Positions 48,401-55,951 of a stretch of 64,000 nucleotides of DNA are shown here, one piece after another. Source of the DNA: Macrostomum lignano (Eukaryota). Made by a program: the position numbers and the translations under genes. Where the stretch lies: contig NIVC01000509.1 of the NCBI GenBank assembly GCA_002269645.1, positions 247,449 through 311,448 on the forward strand, given 5' to 3'. The notes under the pieces were generated by a model that had not been told where the DNA came from, did no database searches, and saw only the letters and a program-made list of their open reading frames with translations. The stretch's first letter is position 1; the number at the start of each line of letters is the position of its first letter.

Positions 48401-51400
48401 CTCCAGAAGCGACAGGCTCACGTAAAAGTGTTGGATCATCGATACCAAGTTTTTCAGAGTTCCCGGCAGATATTTTTCGCCATTCTCCTTCCTCACCTCA
48501 AAAACGAAGAAGTGCAACAGTTCGTTGATCTCATTCTTTGTAAGCTCTTCGACAGGCTTAATCACCGCGAGTCCTGACAGACGGCCTTGCATTTGCAGTT
48601 GGACACGATTCTCCTTCCACGTCCGGAACACATTCATCGCCCACTTTTCTTTTGCTCGTGTAGACTCAGGTAAGCTCTCTAGCATTCTGCGCTCCAAAGC
48701 GGTCTCATCAAGCAACTCACCGAAACGAGAGCTAGGTTTGGTCGGCAGTGTTTTAGCGTTTCCGAGGGGCGGCGGAACTACATTTCCAGCAGGGGCTGGA
48801 TCGAAAAAATTAAAAAAGTTGTCGCTATCAAATTCTTCTTCCATCGCGGTGTGGTTCAAGAGAAAGCTACGAAAGAAGTAATTCGGATTTCGTCTAGCTA
48901 GTACTGTCTTAAATTTATGGAAAATTTGTCTATGGTTCCAATGTGGGGGCTTCGCCCCCACACCCCCAGTCGGGGCTTTGCCGACTGGCTGCACCGCATT
49001 CGGCCCGGCTCAAGAGAAAGCTACAAAAATAAGCAATTCGGATTTCATATAAGATCACGGTAGTTTAATGCGCATTCTATGGTAGAAAGTCCTCGGCCAC
49101 ACTTAACGGTCCTCGGCTCGCTTCGCTCGCCTCGAGACCATCAAATGCAGCCTCGGACTTTCTAACCCTAGAATGCGCATTAAACATCCATGATTATATA
49201 CAAACTAGCGGAAATTCAATAAAAACAAGCCCCAGTTCAAAACATTCTGTCCATTCTGCCACCGACGCAAGGTTTAGCCATAGACAAAGTTGTCCCCAGT
49301 CTGAATTGTATTTCCGCTAGTTTTTTTAGAACTGGACTTTGATCAAAATTATAACACGACGAAGTGTGCATTTAACAACATAGTCTATGGCCAAAGCGTG
49401 GTAATCTTATGTATTTCAACAGATAAATCAGCGTGCTTTTAACGCAGGCAGCATGCATATAATGGATAAATAATCAGCGGTCCCAGTGCGTGACAACGAT
49501 TGTACCGGCGCGAGCCATAGACAATCGCTGTCACGCACTGCGACCGCTGATTCTTTGCATTGTTTTTCTGTTTGACGATCCTACAGACAATGCATTGTTT
49601 GTAGTAATGGATTGTTCTGCATTAAAAATGTGAATAATGATCGTCAAATTGCTAAACAATCATTATACACACGCACGCTAAAAACGGGAGCAGATATCTA
49701 GTGAACAGAGATATTAGTAAGCATGCGGTCCTATAGTCAGCTCACACGTAGTTCGATCTGATTCACTTCCGTGATTAAAATGCAGTTGTGCAGTAAACCG
49801 TAGATTTTGTAGATCACTGTAGGCCTTCCATTGCCAGCAGTGTTGGTTAGCGTCGTTGTGGTGGCGATATCAGTTGTTTCACTAGTGGCTTTATAGAACG
49901 GGCCCTTGGTCTGTAGGAGTCGTCACAACCACGATGCACTGCACGTTACATTCTTACGTTCTTACACAAAGCAGGTGTCCTGTAGTTCCTGAACATCTTT
50001 TCCAGATTCTCCATCTGTAGGTCTGTACAGCTGTAGAAATCTTGGACTCAGGGAAATGCGTCGGCTCACTCAAGAAATCCTTGGTTTGATCCGTGGACAT
50101 TCCAAGAAATCATTTCATTTGGAAAGTGCCGCAGGTCTATTAGTTTTTCTTTTCTCGGTGGTTCCATGGCCATGCGCTTCTTGAGCCATTAAGGCTCTCC
50201 TCTATTTTTCTCTCTCCTCTTCTCTTCAACGTGCATCTAACGCAACTAAAACCTTTTGTCTATGGTAATTCGTAGTATTATAATGTAACTAATATACAGC
50301 TTCTTTGTGCTTCAATGGTCTATGGCACTCGTGCGTCTACGCGCACTCGTGACCAAGACCATTAAAGCACGCAGCAGCTGTATATTAATCCTACATTGAA
50401 CGTGAAAAGGTGTAATTATGAAGCGAGAGTTTAAGTTAATGGCCAAAGTCACTAGTGCGCGTAGCCAAATAGTCGCTCCCTATGCCCGGGATGCCAAGTC
50501 GGAATTTTGTCTATGGCCAAACCAATCTGAGCTCTAGCTCAGGCAGTCTAAGCAAGAGCTCTGAGTGTGAGTTTTTCTACTAGTATACCTTTTCAAGCTC
50601 GACTTTGGCAAAAGTGACTTCAATTTTGGCAGCCCATAGAAAAAGCATACGCTTGCCAGCAACATGTCTATGGTCAACTGTGGTAGAATCGGTTAAAGCG
50701 TGCATTCCACTTTGGCAAACGTGAGCGAATTTTGGCAACACAATAAACTGAACGGAAAACGGTAACAAACCGAGTCGCACACAGCATTTAACATTGGTGG
50801 TGTAAATTTTGGCCTCACGGCTCCTCCTCGTTGCTTCAGCGCAACGCGATCTTCAGTGACAAACCTGTGGATAATTGTGTTGGCCGTGGTTCTCTTTATG
50901 TCGAGGTCCTTCGCCAGTCGTCTCCAGTCTCTTCCTTCTTGGTAGCTGCGCACCAGGCGTTCTCGATCCTGCAGCGATATACGCGCGTTCGGCATCTTGT
51001 TCGGTTGAGTTGCCAAAATTCGCTCACTTTTGCCAAAGTTGAATGCGCGCTTTAACCGATTCTACCACAGTTGACCATAGACATGTTGCTGACAGGCGTA
51101 TGCTTTTTCTATGGGCTGCCAAAATTGAAGTCACTTTTGCCAAAGTCCAGCTTGAAAAGGTATATATTCATAGTAAAAACGAGCACTTGTTCTCAGAGTC
51201 GCTCGTAATTGCTCAGCTTTGAGAAGCTATTTGGTTCTAAGAAACTATTGCTATTTTTGGGCGAATCGAAAACTTTCTACCTCAGTAGTGCAGTTTTCGT
51301 GCAACCCAAGCCCTAGATATTTTCTAAGAAACAAAGCTTCCCTTTTGTTTAGGTCGTCCTTGAGTGTAAATATACAAAATTCAACTCTGGAACGTAAGCT

Positions 51401-53487
51401 AATTTGACTTTAAGTTCTCTCTCTTAAAGGCTTTATTTGGTTCTGTCAATAGCTAGATCAGTCACGCAATTATCTATTGCATTGGGTGCTGGATAGACGG
51501 AGTATATTGACTACTATTTTAATTTAGCCATCACTGATTGACAGCAAACCAAAAAACTCACAACTCACAGTGCACGCGACCATGGGGCACGAGCACCTGT
51601 CTTGACTGTGGCAGCACAATTGGCGGTCATGTCCACCGCCCGGCTAAAGGCAATCAAAAGTTTAAATCGATAGATCGAACCAAAAAGGACTTTGTAGCAT
51701 TGGAATCTGGTTCGACAGGACCCGAAGCAGTACGCGAACTGTCTGGCTGCAGTGTGGCGCTGCTACGGTTGATTCAAAGCCTGGCCCTCATGAAAGACAA
51801 CCAAAAGGATAGCGTTCAAGAGTTTAAGACAGGACTGCGGCTCTTTACTGGCAGCACCGGTCGCAGTGAGGAGGATGCATACCACACGCTGCACCTGGTA
51901 CTTGAAAAAAAATTGAGGAAAAGCACAGAAAAGTCAGGATTTGATCTCACAAAAGATCAAGAACGCCGAGCATTTGAAAATCGCATGTACGCGAGTCTCT
52001 TGCAACCTATTCTCGACAACTTGGACGACCACCTCCGCGAGTCAAACAAGTCCGTGAGCCAAGACGACTCAGGTACAGCTTCGGAAATCGTGAAGCTAAT
52101 TCATGAGACTTCTGAACGCGACACTAACGACCCACAGGCGCCTTTGTGGCGTTTCCGTCGCATTATTACAGTGGAGAACGCGAGACAAGCCTTTCAGGAG
52201 CTCGGAGGCAACGAGAGAGGTCAGTACAGGCTGACTGATGCTATCATCAAGTGGGAACCCGTGCTTCGGAATGTCAAAGAGCTTCCTGTCTTGGTGAATA
52301 TGGCTAACGAGCTCGTATCCGCTTGGAAAAGAAACAAGGAGCTGGATACTTCAGTAACTCAGAAAATTTCAGCCGCGCGAACACGTAGCAGGAATCCGGA
52401 CGCATATAAAGTTTTCATCCGTGTTTGGAATGAGCTGAGGCATCTGCTGGCTACTCGAGGAGTTCGCTTTAGTAATGGAGATGCCGGCACAATCGAGAAG
52501 CATTCCCTTAAAGCGAATCTTGGTTTTCCTCTTGCCGCACTTCTACCGCACAAAGGACCATGGGGCAGGTGCATTATTGGGTTGGTTCAGCTGCTTGTAG
52601 ACGCTCACAATGCCGTAATGGAGGCCAGCGGAATCGAACTGGACGAAGTTGACCTGCCAAGTGTCGATGCTGCCAGTGTAATTGAATTTGATCCAGATGA
52701 AGATCTACTGCCAATGCTGCTCGCCAACTGTACCTACTCACTGCGTAAAGGTGAAGGATGCAAGGTGTCGTACAACTTTCACGGACTGGAGCAGCAACTG
52801 CTGGAGAGACTCGTTAGGGGTCGCGTTCAAATCGGTGGCTTCCTCCAGGAGATGGTCTACAAAGAGGAGTTCAACCTTCTAGAGTTCTTTGAGCAGTTGG
52901 AACGGGTGGTTCCGCAGGCAAAGGAAGTTAAAGACAGCCAGACTCAAAATGCACTTAATAGCAGGCTCGCCACGCCCGTGATCACTGCTTTACTGGAAGA
53001 ATCCCTTAAGGTTGCAGTGAACTTCTTGATCTCATTGAGATATAAACCTGATCCTCAGATGCTGCTTCATGAATTTATGACTTCGAGCCTTAGGATGGAG
53101 GACGGACTTCCAAGCGAGTCTCTTCGTCGTAACGTGGCTGTTGAGCACATTAGGCTATTGTGGTTGTCGCTTGATCACCATCTCTGGCAGTACCTGGCTG
53201 ATGACGGTTTTGAACCGAGTAAATTCGATGGCTCAGAGCCCTTAAGTCCGGAACTCCAGAAGACGCTCCCTACCGACTTGAAAGACCGGCGAAGTATTCT
53301 GATGGAAAAACTGCATGCCCTCGTGAAACTGGAGATGTGCAGCCAACCAAAAGTTCGAGAAATGCCATTAAATCAGATTTCAGATTGTTACCCAGACTAT
53401 AAAGTGTTCGATGACTGGCACGAAAGCCTTTACTGCAAGCATGCCGGAGAAATATGGATGCACTTGCATCAGTTAGCGCTGGAATGA
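6432..53487 (+). CDS. RNF213: RNF213/mysterin-like giant AAA+ ATPase and E3 ubiquitin ligase, 19 coding exons, 5454 aa
   Basis: join(6432..9488,12365..12615,12788..13003,13179..13386,13500..13802,13894..13998,14068..14193,16023..16218,19552..19854,31887..38900,38969..39125,40087..40732,40922..41182,41314..41453,41982..43020,43201..43353,43970..44207,45907..45941,51571..53487). All introns are GT-AG and phase-compatible; total 16365 nt. Motifs: SGMGKS, MGETGCGKT, ILFFDEVNT, VACNPYR, GKPGSSKS, VVLDEIGLAEDSPKMPLKVLHPLLE, NWALDPAKMNR, RING, and RZ finger CPNGHPYYIGECTRPWGTSTCLDCGSTIGGHVH. A strong acceptor at 6411-6412 implies an upstream, probably non-coding exon (candidate donor GTAAGT at 2715). 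Confidence 0.93.
7020..8609 (+). repeat. Coding minisatellite: 53 x 30 bp (10 aa) units with higher-order structure
   Basis: Units SMDEQNRDPH / NMDERSRGPQ alternate, then give way to SMDEQRRDPH / SMDERSKGQQ / SMDERSKGPQ; no indels, exact 30-nt register. Confidence 0.97.
9535..10280. repeat. 680-bp insert with interstitial telomere-like (CCCTAA)n tracts, flanked by a perfect 33-bp direct repeat
   Basis: CCATCAAATGAATGCAAAGCAAGAGATAGTTTA at 9535-9567 and 10248-10280; CCCTAA runs at ~9672, ~9861-9940 and ~10198-10248; internal ~22-bp tandem repeat at 9708-9820. Confidence 0.85.
11183..11286. mobile_element. ~100-bp palindromic miniature element
   Basis: Arms TAATATCCATGCTTTAAGGGCGTTAATG / CATTAACGCCCTTAAAGCATGGGTATTA. 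Confidence 0.7.
11360..11925. mobile_element. MITE with ~75-bp TIRs flanked by TA
   Basis: TA|CCATGACCTTTGTGCCCGCTGGG... / ...CCCAGCGGGCACAAAGGTCATGG|TA; each TIR contains CCATAGAC. Confidence 0.8.
12365..12615 (+). CDS. RNF213: RNF213 exon 2
   Basis: TTAG acceptor, phase 0; donor GTACGA, phase 2. Confidence 0.75.
12788..13003 (+). CDS. RNF213: RNF213 exon 3
   Basis: TTTTAG acceptor, phase 2; donor GTAAGG, phase 2. Confidence 0.78.
13179..13386 (+). CDS. RNF213: RNF213 exon 4
   Basis: TTTCAG acceptor; donor GTGAGT, phase 0. Confidence 0.78.
13500..13802 (+). CDS. RNF213: RNF213 exon 5
   Basis: TTTTAG acceptor; donor GTAAGT, phase 0. Confidence 0.78.
13894..13998 (+). CDS. RNF213: RNF213 exon 6
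   Basis: TTTCAG acceptor; donor AAG|GTGATT needed to avoid the in-frame TGA 12 nt into the intron. Confidence 0.65.
14068..14193 (+). CDS. RNF213: RNF213 exon 7
   Basis: CTTTAG acceptor; donor CTG|GTAAGA, phase 0. Confidence 0.7.
14381..15735 (+). mobile_element. Full-length mariner (DD34D) transposon, transposase with two frameshifts
   Basis: 30-bp TIRs (CTTCGCCTGTCCGGAAAGTCG..), TA TSD; ATG 14611 to TAG 15661; WVPHAL, DETW, DNARPH-(34)-YSPDFNLCD. Confidence 0.93.
16023..16218 (+). CDS. RNF213: RNF213 exon 8
   Basis: TTTCAG acceptor; donor G|GTGAGT, phase 1. Confidence 0.78.
16603..18465 (+). mobile_element. Internally deleted Ty3/Gypsy LTR element
   Basis: LTRs 16603-16859 and ~18225-18465; PBS TTGGTGAACCC; 4-bp TSD AGAT; gag start (MASNTQEAVS.., WFIQAEAQF) fused to RNase H end (FTDHKPL) and a decayed integrase (GLAHP..ST, HMHVDLVEPL, NGLVERFHRQL). 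Confidence 0.9.
18560..18890 (+). mobile_element. Penelope-like element GIY-YIG endonuclease fragment
   Basis: VVYQFRC..SYIGKTKRHLYTRAREH..KIIEA..PxLN pattern; no RT portion. Confidence 0.8.
19552..19854 (+). CDS. RNF213: RNF213 exon 9
   Basis: TTTAG acceptor, phase 1; donor G|GTGAGT, phase 1. Confidence 0.8.
20028..20360. mobile_element. Single arm of the CATGG-type MITE followed by a 16-bp tandem repeat (GTTACTTTCAGAGGGT)
   Basis: 20028-20140 is homologous to the TIR at 21976; about 11 repeat units at 20150-20335; ends in GTCTGTGG, a motif variant. Confidence 0.65.
20900..21885 (-). pseudogene. Tc1/mariner DD37E-type transposase pseudogene
   Basis: N-terminal HTH; VVDDEPYF; F*PDLASCHYAK-(37)-RPIV (catalytic E replaced by V, W replaced by TGA); frameshifts. 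TIR pair not found. Confidence 0.85.
21976..22293. mobile_element. P-family-like MITE
   Basis: CATGGA...TCCATG, ~110-bp TIRs, perfect 8-bp TSD CTTCATAG; the terminus resembles CATGGATGAA of the P element at 26721. Confidence 0.85.
22460..25495 (+). pseudogene. 5'-truncated Ty3/Gypsy pol (protease-RT-RNase H-integrase)
   Basis: EVDTGAS, FKARNVP, CFVDDLLV, EKEALA..DHKPL, GHQG..C..CQ, LHIDYAGP, SDNGP, SNGQAERAVQT; several stops and frameshifts. Confidence 0.93.
25654..26531 (+). mobile_element. Gypsy 3' LTR, interrupted by the foldback element
   Basis: Purine tract AAGTGCGAAGGGA then TGTGGTG; ends CTTTACA after the TA-flanked insertion. Confidence 0.6.
25854..26486. mobile_element. Tc1-derived foldback element (near-perfect 630-bp palindrome)
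   Basis: TA|CACTCAGCAACATT..AATGTTGCTGAGTG|TA; both arms carry the transposase start MVQQMTDAERWRAV. Confidence 0.88.
26721..30152 (-). mobile_element. Near-complete P-element (THAP9-like transposase, disrupted)
   Basis: ~150-bp TIRs; perfect 8-bp TSD GATAAAAG; THAP (CAAIGC..FSYP..W..LCELHF); catalytic IDGMHL, VSDGCSAN, DNSHLIKLVRN and QDPLEHFFG; premature stops and frameshifts. Confidence 0.93.
30455..31100 (+). pseudogene. Second THAP-domain fragment (decayed THAP/P-type gene)
   Basis: CAAYGCNSYAYKCPHLTRFHAFP, then interrupted; a later AYPALNL resembles the THAP AVPTxF box. Confidence 0.5.
31887..38900 (+). CDS. RNF213: RNF213 exon 10 (7.0 kb): stalk and AAA+ ring
   Basis: TTGCAG acceptor, phase 1; uninterrupted 2.3-kaa ORF with all RNF213 Walker A/B motifs; donor G|GTAGGT. 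Confidence 0.95.
38969..39125 (+). CDS. RNF213: RNF213 exon 11
   Basis: TTCCAG acceptor; WLTKIAASSKSVLEAGTL matches the RNF213 E3-back start; donor GTAAGT. Confidence 0.85.
40087..40732 (+). CDS. RNF213: RNF213 exon 12
   Basis: APALACLLAFLDKDSNL and FPFSW motifs; donor GAG|GTAGGG. Confidence 0.88.
40922..41182 (+). CDS. RNF213: RNF213 exon 13
   Basis: TTTTAG acceptor; WDKVICVVLFLRNV..LWN; donor GTAAGT. Confidence 0.85.
41314..41453 (+). CDS. RNF213: RNF213 exon 14
   Basis: CCCAG acceptor; open frame RYLHGHEFYF..; donor GG|GTAAGC. Confidence 0.75.
41982..43020 (+). CDS. RNF213: RNF213 exon 15: RING domain and E3 shell
   Basis: CSKC-x11-CND-x2-C-x2-C-x13-CPKC, then MLELVSQLCF and SPVFRSFILQQLLK; donor CAG|GTAAAC. 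Confidence 0.88.
43201..43353 (+). CDS. RNF213: RNF213 exon 16
   Basis: TCTCAG acceptor; 51 open codons; donor AAG|GTAGGA. Confidence 0.75.
43790..43873. repeat. CT-rich microsatellite-like tract
   Basis: (CT/CCT)n in RNF213 intron 16. Confidence 0.8.
43970..44207 (+). CDS. RNF213: RNF213 exon 17
   Basis: WYLPAMPHDEL matches RNF213 FLPTMPED just before the RZ finger; donor G|GTACGT. The acceptor (TTTAAG) is weak, so the 5' boundary is uncertain. Confidence 0.7.
44655..44704. mobile_element. Isolated 50-bp fragment of the P-element TIR
   Basis: 47/50 identical to 26773-26822; homology begins at CCATAG. Confidence 0.85.
44741..45871 (-). mobile_element. Probable solo LTR (~1.1 kb)
   Basis: TGTGATCCC...GGTATAACA ends; minus-strand TATA-like CTATAAATATAAG near 45655; tandem CTATAAATAGTAAC repeats. 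No TSD found. Confidence 0.4.
45907..45941 (+). CDS. RNF213: RNF213 exon 18: 35-nt micro-exon, first half of RZ finger
   Basis: TTTCAG|TT TGT CCA AAT GGC CAT CCG TAT TAC ATT GGT GAA|GTAAGT encodes (V)CPNGHPYYIGE. Confidence 0.9.
46250..47320 (+). mobile_element. Highly degenerate non-LTR RT fragment, split by a MITE
   Basis: Nucleotide similarity to 59180-59560 (GAATACCAAGCCA.., GCAACAG.GTGTCCATAGT). Confidence 0.5.
46520..46980. mobile_element. Tc1-type MITE with the same CACTCAGCAACATT terminus as 25854
   Basis: TA flanks; contains tandem ACTTG(T/G)GCCATAGAC repeats and a GTCTATGG. Confidence 0.8.
48032..48146. mobile_element. ~115-bp miniature inverted unit between GTCTATGG and CCATAGAC
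   Basis: GTCTATGGTTTAAA...TTTGAACCATAGAC with internal CATCAAAT.ATTTGATGG palindromes. Confidence 0.6.
48139..48935 (-). mobile_element. Truncated Crypton-type tyrosine-recombinase gene (DUF3504/ZMYM/KCTD1-like N-terminal half)
   Basis: ATG 48844; PESTRAKEKWAMNVFRTW..ELLHFFVFEVRKENGEKYLPGTLKNLVSMIQHF, then a GTGAGC donor near 48421; catalytic half absent; bounded by CCATAGAC (48139) and GTCTATGG (48928). Confidence 0.78.
49050..49200. mobile_element. Palindromic miniature element, possibly the Crypton 5' terminus
   Basis: Arms TTTAATGCGCATTCTATGGTAGAAAGTCC / GGACTTTCTAACCCTAGAATGCGCATTAAA; core CTCGGCTCGCTTCGCTCGCCTCG also at ~31395. Confidence 0.65.
50281..50398. mobile_element. Palindromic miniature element
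   Basis: Arms AATGTAACTAATATACAGC..GGTCTATGG / CCAAGACC..GCTGTATATTAATCCTACATT; a partial second copy at ~44441-44495. Confidence 0.7.
50586..51162 (-). mobile_element. Tc1-like deletion derivative with ~160-bp TIRs and a transposase HTH stub
   Basis: TA|TACCTTTTCAAGC..GCTTGAAAAGGTA|TA; MPNARISLQDRERLVRSY..LAKDLDIKRTTANTIIHRF..QRGG. Confidence 0.85.
51571..53487 (+). CDS. RNF213: RNF213 terminal exon: rest of RZ finger, E3 core and CTD
   Basis: CACAG|TGC; CTRPWGTSTCLDCGSTIGGHVH; YNFHGLEQQLLERLVRGR; stop TGA at 53485-53487. Confidence 0.92.
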   Translation, partial: CTRPWGTSTCLDCGSTIGGHVHRPAKGNQKFKSIDRTKKDFVALESGSTGPEAVRELSGCSVALLRLIQSLALMKDNQKDSVQEFKTGLRLFTGSTGRSEEDAYHTLHLVLEKKLRKSTEKSGFDLTKDQERRAFENRMYASLLQPILDNLDDHLRESNKSVSQDDSGTASEIVKLIHETSERDTNDPQAPLWRFRRIITVENARQAFQELGGNERGQYRLTDAIIKWEPVLRNVKELPVLVNMANELVSAWKRNKELDTSVTQKISAARTRSRNPDAYKVFIRVWNELRHLLATRGVRFSNGDAGTIEKHSLKANLGFPLAALLPHKGPWGRCIIGLVQLLVDAHNAVMEASGIELDEVDLPSVDAASVIEFDPDEDLLPMLLANCTYSLRKGEGCKVSYNFHGLEQQLLERLVRGRVQIGGFLQEMVYKEEFNLLEFFEQLERVVPQAKEVKDSQTQNALNSRLATPVITALLEESLKVAVNFLISLRYKPDPQMLLHEFMTSSLRMEDGLPSESLRRNVAVEHIRLLWLSLDHHLWQYLADDGFEPSKFDGSEPLSPELQKTLPTDLKDRRSILMEKLHALVKLEMCSQPKVREMPLNQISDCYPDYKVFDDWHESLYCKHAGEIWMHLHQLALE

Positions 53488-53636
53488 ATGATTACTGACA
53501 ACATGAAAAGTATAAAATACAATTTTCATTCCGCCACCCTTCTGACATTTGGAGTTTCTAAAGTTTTGTGGCTAATTTCTGATTAAATTAGAGAAAATTA
53601 GTAAGTGTAGCTAGCTTTTTACATGTATCTTGGGAA

Positions 53637-53694
53637 AATAAACCGTGCTCAGGCGGGTCCAAAATATCTGCATTCAATATCTGCATTCAATAAA
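53637..53694 (+). terminator. Candidate polyadenylation signals of RNF213
   Basis: AATAAA at 53637 and 53689, 150-200 nt after the stop, followed by T/GT-rich sequence. Confidence 0.55.
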
Positions 53695-55044
53695 CAATCC
53701 TAACTTGCTGTATAATTTGTTTGTGTTTTGTTTAAATACTATAAATTTTATTCCAGGCTTGTATACCGAATTCTGAGTGTTAGCGAATCGCATGTTTGTA
53801 GCTCTCTGTGCCGAATTTGAATTGAATGCATGACTTTTCCAAACATTATATCAAAACAAAAAAGAAAATATGTTTTTAGTAGTGCGTCTCGTTAATGACC
53901 GTAGGAGTAGAGCCATAAATTTCTAACACCTGTTGTATGAGTTCTTTTAAAAGCTAGTTGACATTGTCTGATCAGATTACAAGCCACAAAGCTTTATTGG
54001 ATTGTTTTTACTCAAGTTTTACACATTCACTATCTAGATACACGGAAACTGCATGTATATTGCATACATATATTGCCCTTCTATTAATTGTTAACTTGGT
54101 GAACGAGAGTGATTTTCAAAATCCCAAATGTTATATCTTTTTTTGACCATTTGTCTCAATCCAACATTTTTTCAATATTTTATTTTTTTTAGTAAACCTT
54201 TTAATTGGTTCGTAGTTTACATAGCTATAGTTTATATATTAATAATCAATCTTTAGCCTATCTACATTAATACAGTAGCTACTAGCTAAATCCTGCTTTT
54301 AATAATACTTTCTCTAACAGCATTATCGTTGAATAGCTCTTAGTAGAATTTTCAATCTGAATGTAGTTTAGATTTATATGTGAGTCACTATCAGACGATC
54401 AAACAAAGAATCTATATTTAATCGCTTCACTTTGCTAATCTAGCTACTGCATGATTTATACTCGTAGTAGTGTGTTTGTAATATTAATTGTTAACCAGCA
54501 CGTATCCCAGGATTTTTTTAACACAATTAACAAACAAAAAACATTTTTATGACTGTAGCTTTTCGGCTATCTAAATATATTCAACATTATAGATTAGCTA
54601 TTGACAAAAACGAAATTAACCAAATGTCTTTTGTCTTACAAGTTACAACTCAACCGTAATTAGGGGCGTCCATATTTTTTTATCCTCTATATATAAGTCT
54701 ACCTATTTTATATCCTATAGGCCAGTGGATACCACGACCAGAGAAAAAAGTTAGACTTTTTTCGTAACTAATTCGTTTGTGTGGACAACCGTATATGAGC
54801 TTTATATGCCTGGGCAATTCGTGAGGTCTAACAGTTTTAAAATCTTAAATCTAACAGTATGTAGGCCAGCTTGCACTTACAGTGCAAATGAGACTTAAGC
54901 TCTATCAGATCGTCATGAAATCGCACCACGAATTTACAAAATGCAAAAGCGACGAAAACGTATTTAAATTAGTGCAGCCGACCGAGCAAACATAAATTTA
55001 AATATTAACTCTTGCCGTTGCGTCAAACGAGCGTGTATCTTAAC

Positions 55045-55951
55045 AAAGGGGGTGTTAACTTAGAATGGAGCTAGAATGGCGCTAGAATGGAGCCCAAAGC
55101 AAGGCTCCAGACCAAACCGACTGGAATCGATAACTGGTCGGACCAGGTGTTCGCTTAGGCAATGACGCTGTAGCTGCAACTCTGGCAGAATGCACTGTAG
55201 CAGCTCGTTCATGCAGTGTTGCTGTCTTGGCGCAAACTGCTGCGGATATCGGCTTCGGATAGCTTCGACAAGTTGATCTACGCTTGCTGATCCAGTCGCC
55301 ATAGACGTCATCAGGTTGGTCATTGCGGTGTTCACTGCCCCACCTCTGACCGGCTGAAAGAGCTGGACTTTGCTGCTGATGCAGTGAAACAGTGCAACAA
55401 CAATTGCGTAGCACTGCTGACCATGGTTTTGAAGACCAAAGACTCTTGAAGACTGAGGCTTGGATCGTGAGCTGCTGCTGGCTGACTGAAACTCCTATTG
55501 CTGGCCGCTAGACTGTTGCTCAGTAGGCTTCCGCTGCTGTGGTAAAGCATTTTCTCTGGCATAAAGTCTGGCAACAAGGCTGCGTGGAAGAGCGGAACCA
55601 ACAAAGCGAAGGCTAGTTCGAGACCTTCGATAGCTATCTTGGTGGTAAGCGTAGCAGCCCAGGAGTTTGAGCACTGCCATTACATGACAATCGCAGCCTG
55701 CAGTCCTACTTCCAGCTTCATGAAGAAGTTGCAATCCTGGATCTCTAAAACCAAAGCGATTGTCCGCTGCTGTCACGCACTCTAAGAATCACGCGGTAGG
55801 ATTTCGAATTATGGCGCGAGAAAATGACAGCTAGAAAAATCCAAGACGGATGCCGTCCAGTCACCTGGTCCGACCAGTTATCGATTCCAGTCGGTTTGGT
55901 CTGGAGCCTTGCTTTGGGCTCCATTCTAGCGCTTAAGTTGACACCCCCTTT
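55045..55951. mobile_element. Non-autonomous TIR element (~90-bp TIRs, AAAGGGGGTGT ends) with unidentified GC-rich interior
   Basis: 55045-55150 is the reverse complement of 55862-55951, apart from extra TAGAATGG repeats; TSD unclear. Confidence 0.75.

Noticed and set aside
48132-49397. 8-bp TSDs around CATAGAC...GTCTATG pairs (simple P/hAT terminus model)
   Set aside because: The pairs checked by hand (48140/48934, 49279/49389, 46636/46897, 26774/30100) have non-identical or inverted flanks.
49800-50200. Coding-like minus-strand stretch in intron 18
   Set aside because: Multiple stops and no recognisable domain; probably a decayed TE, but unassignable.
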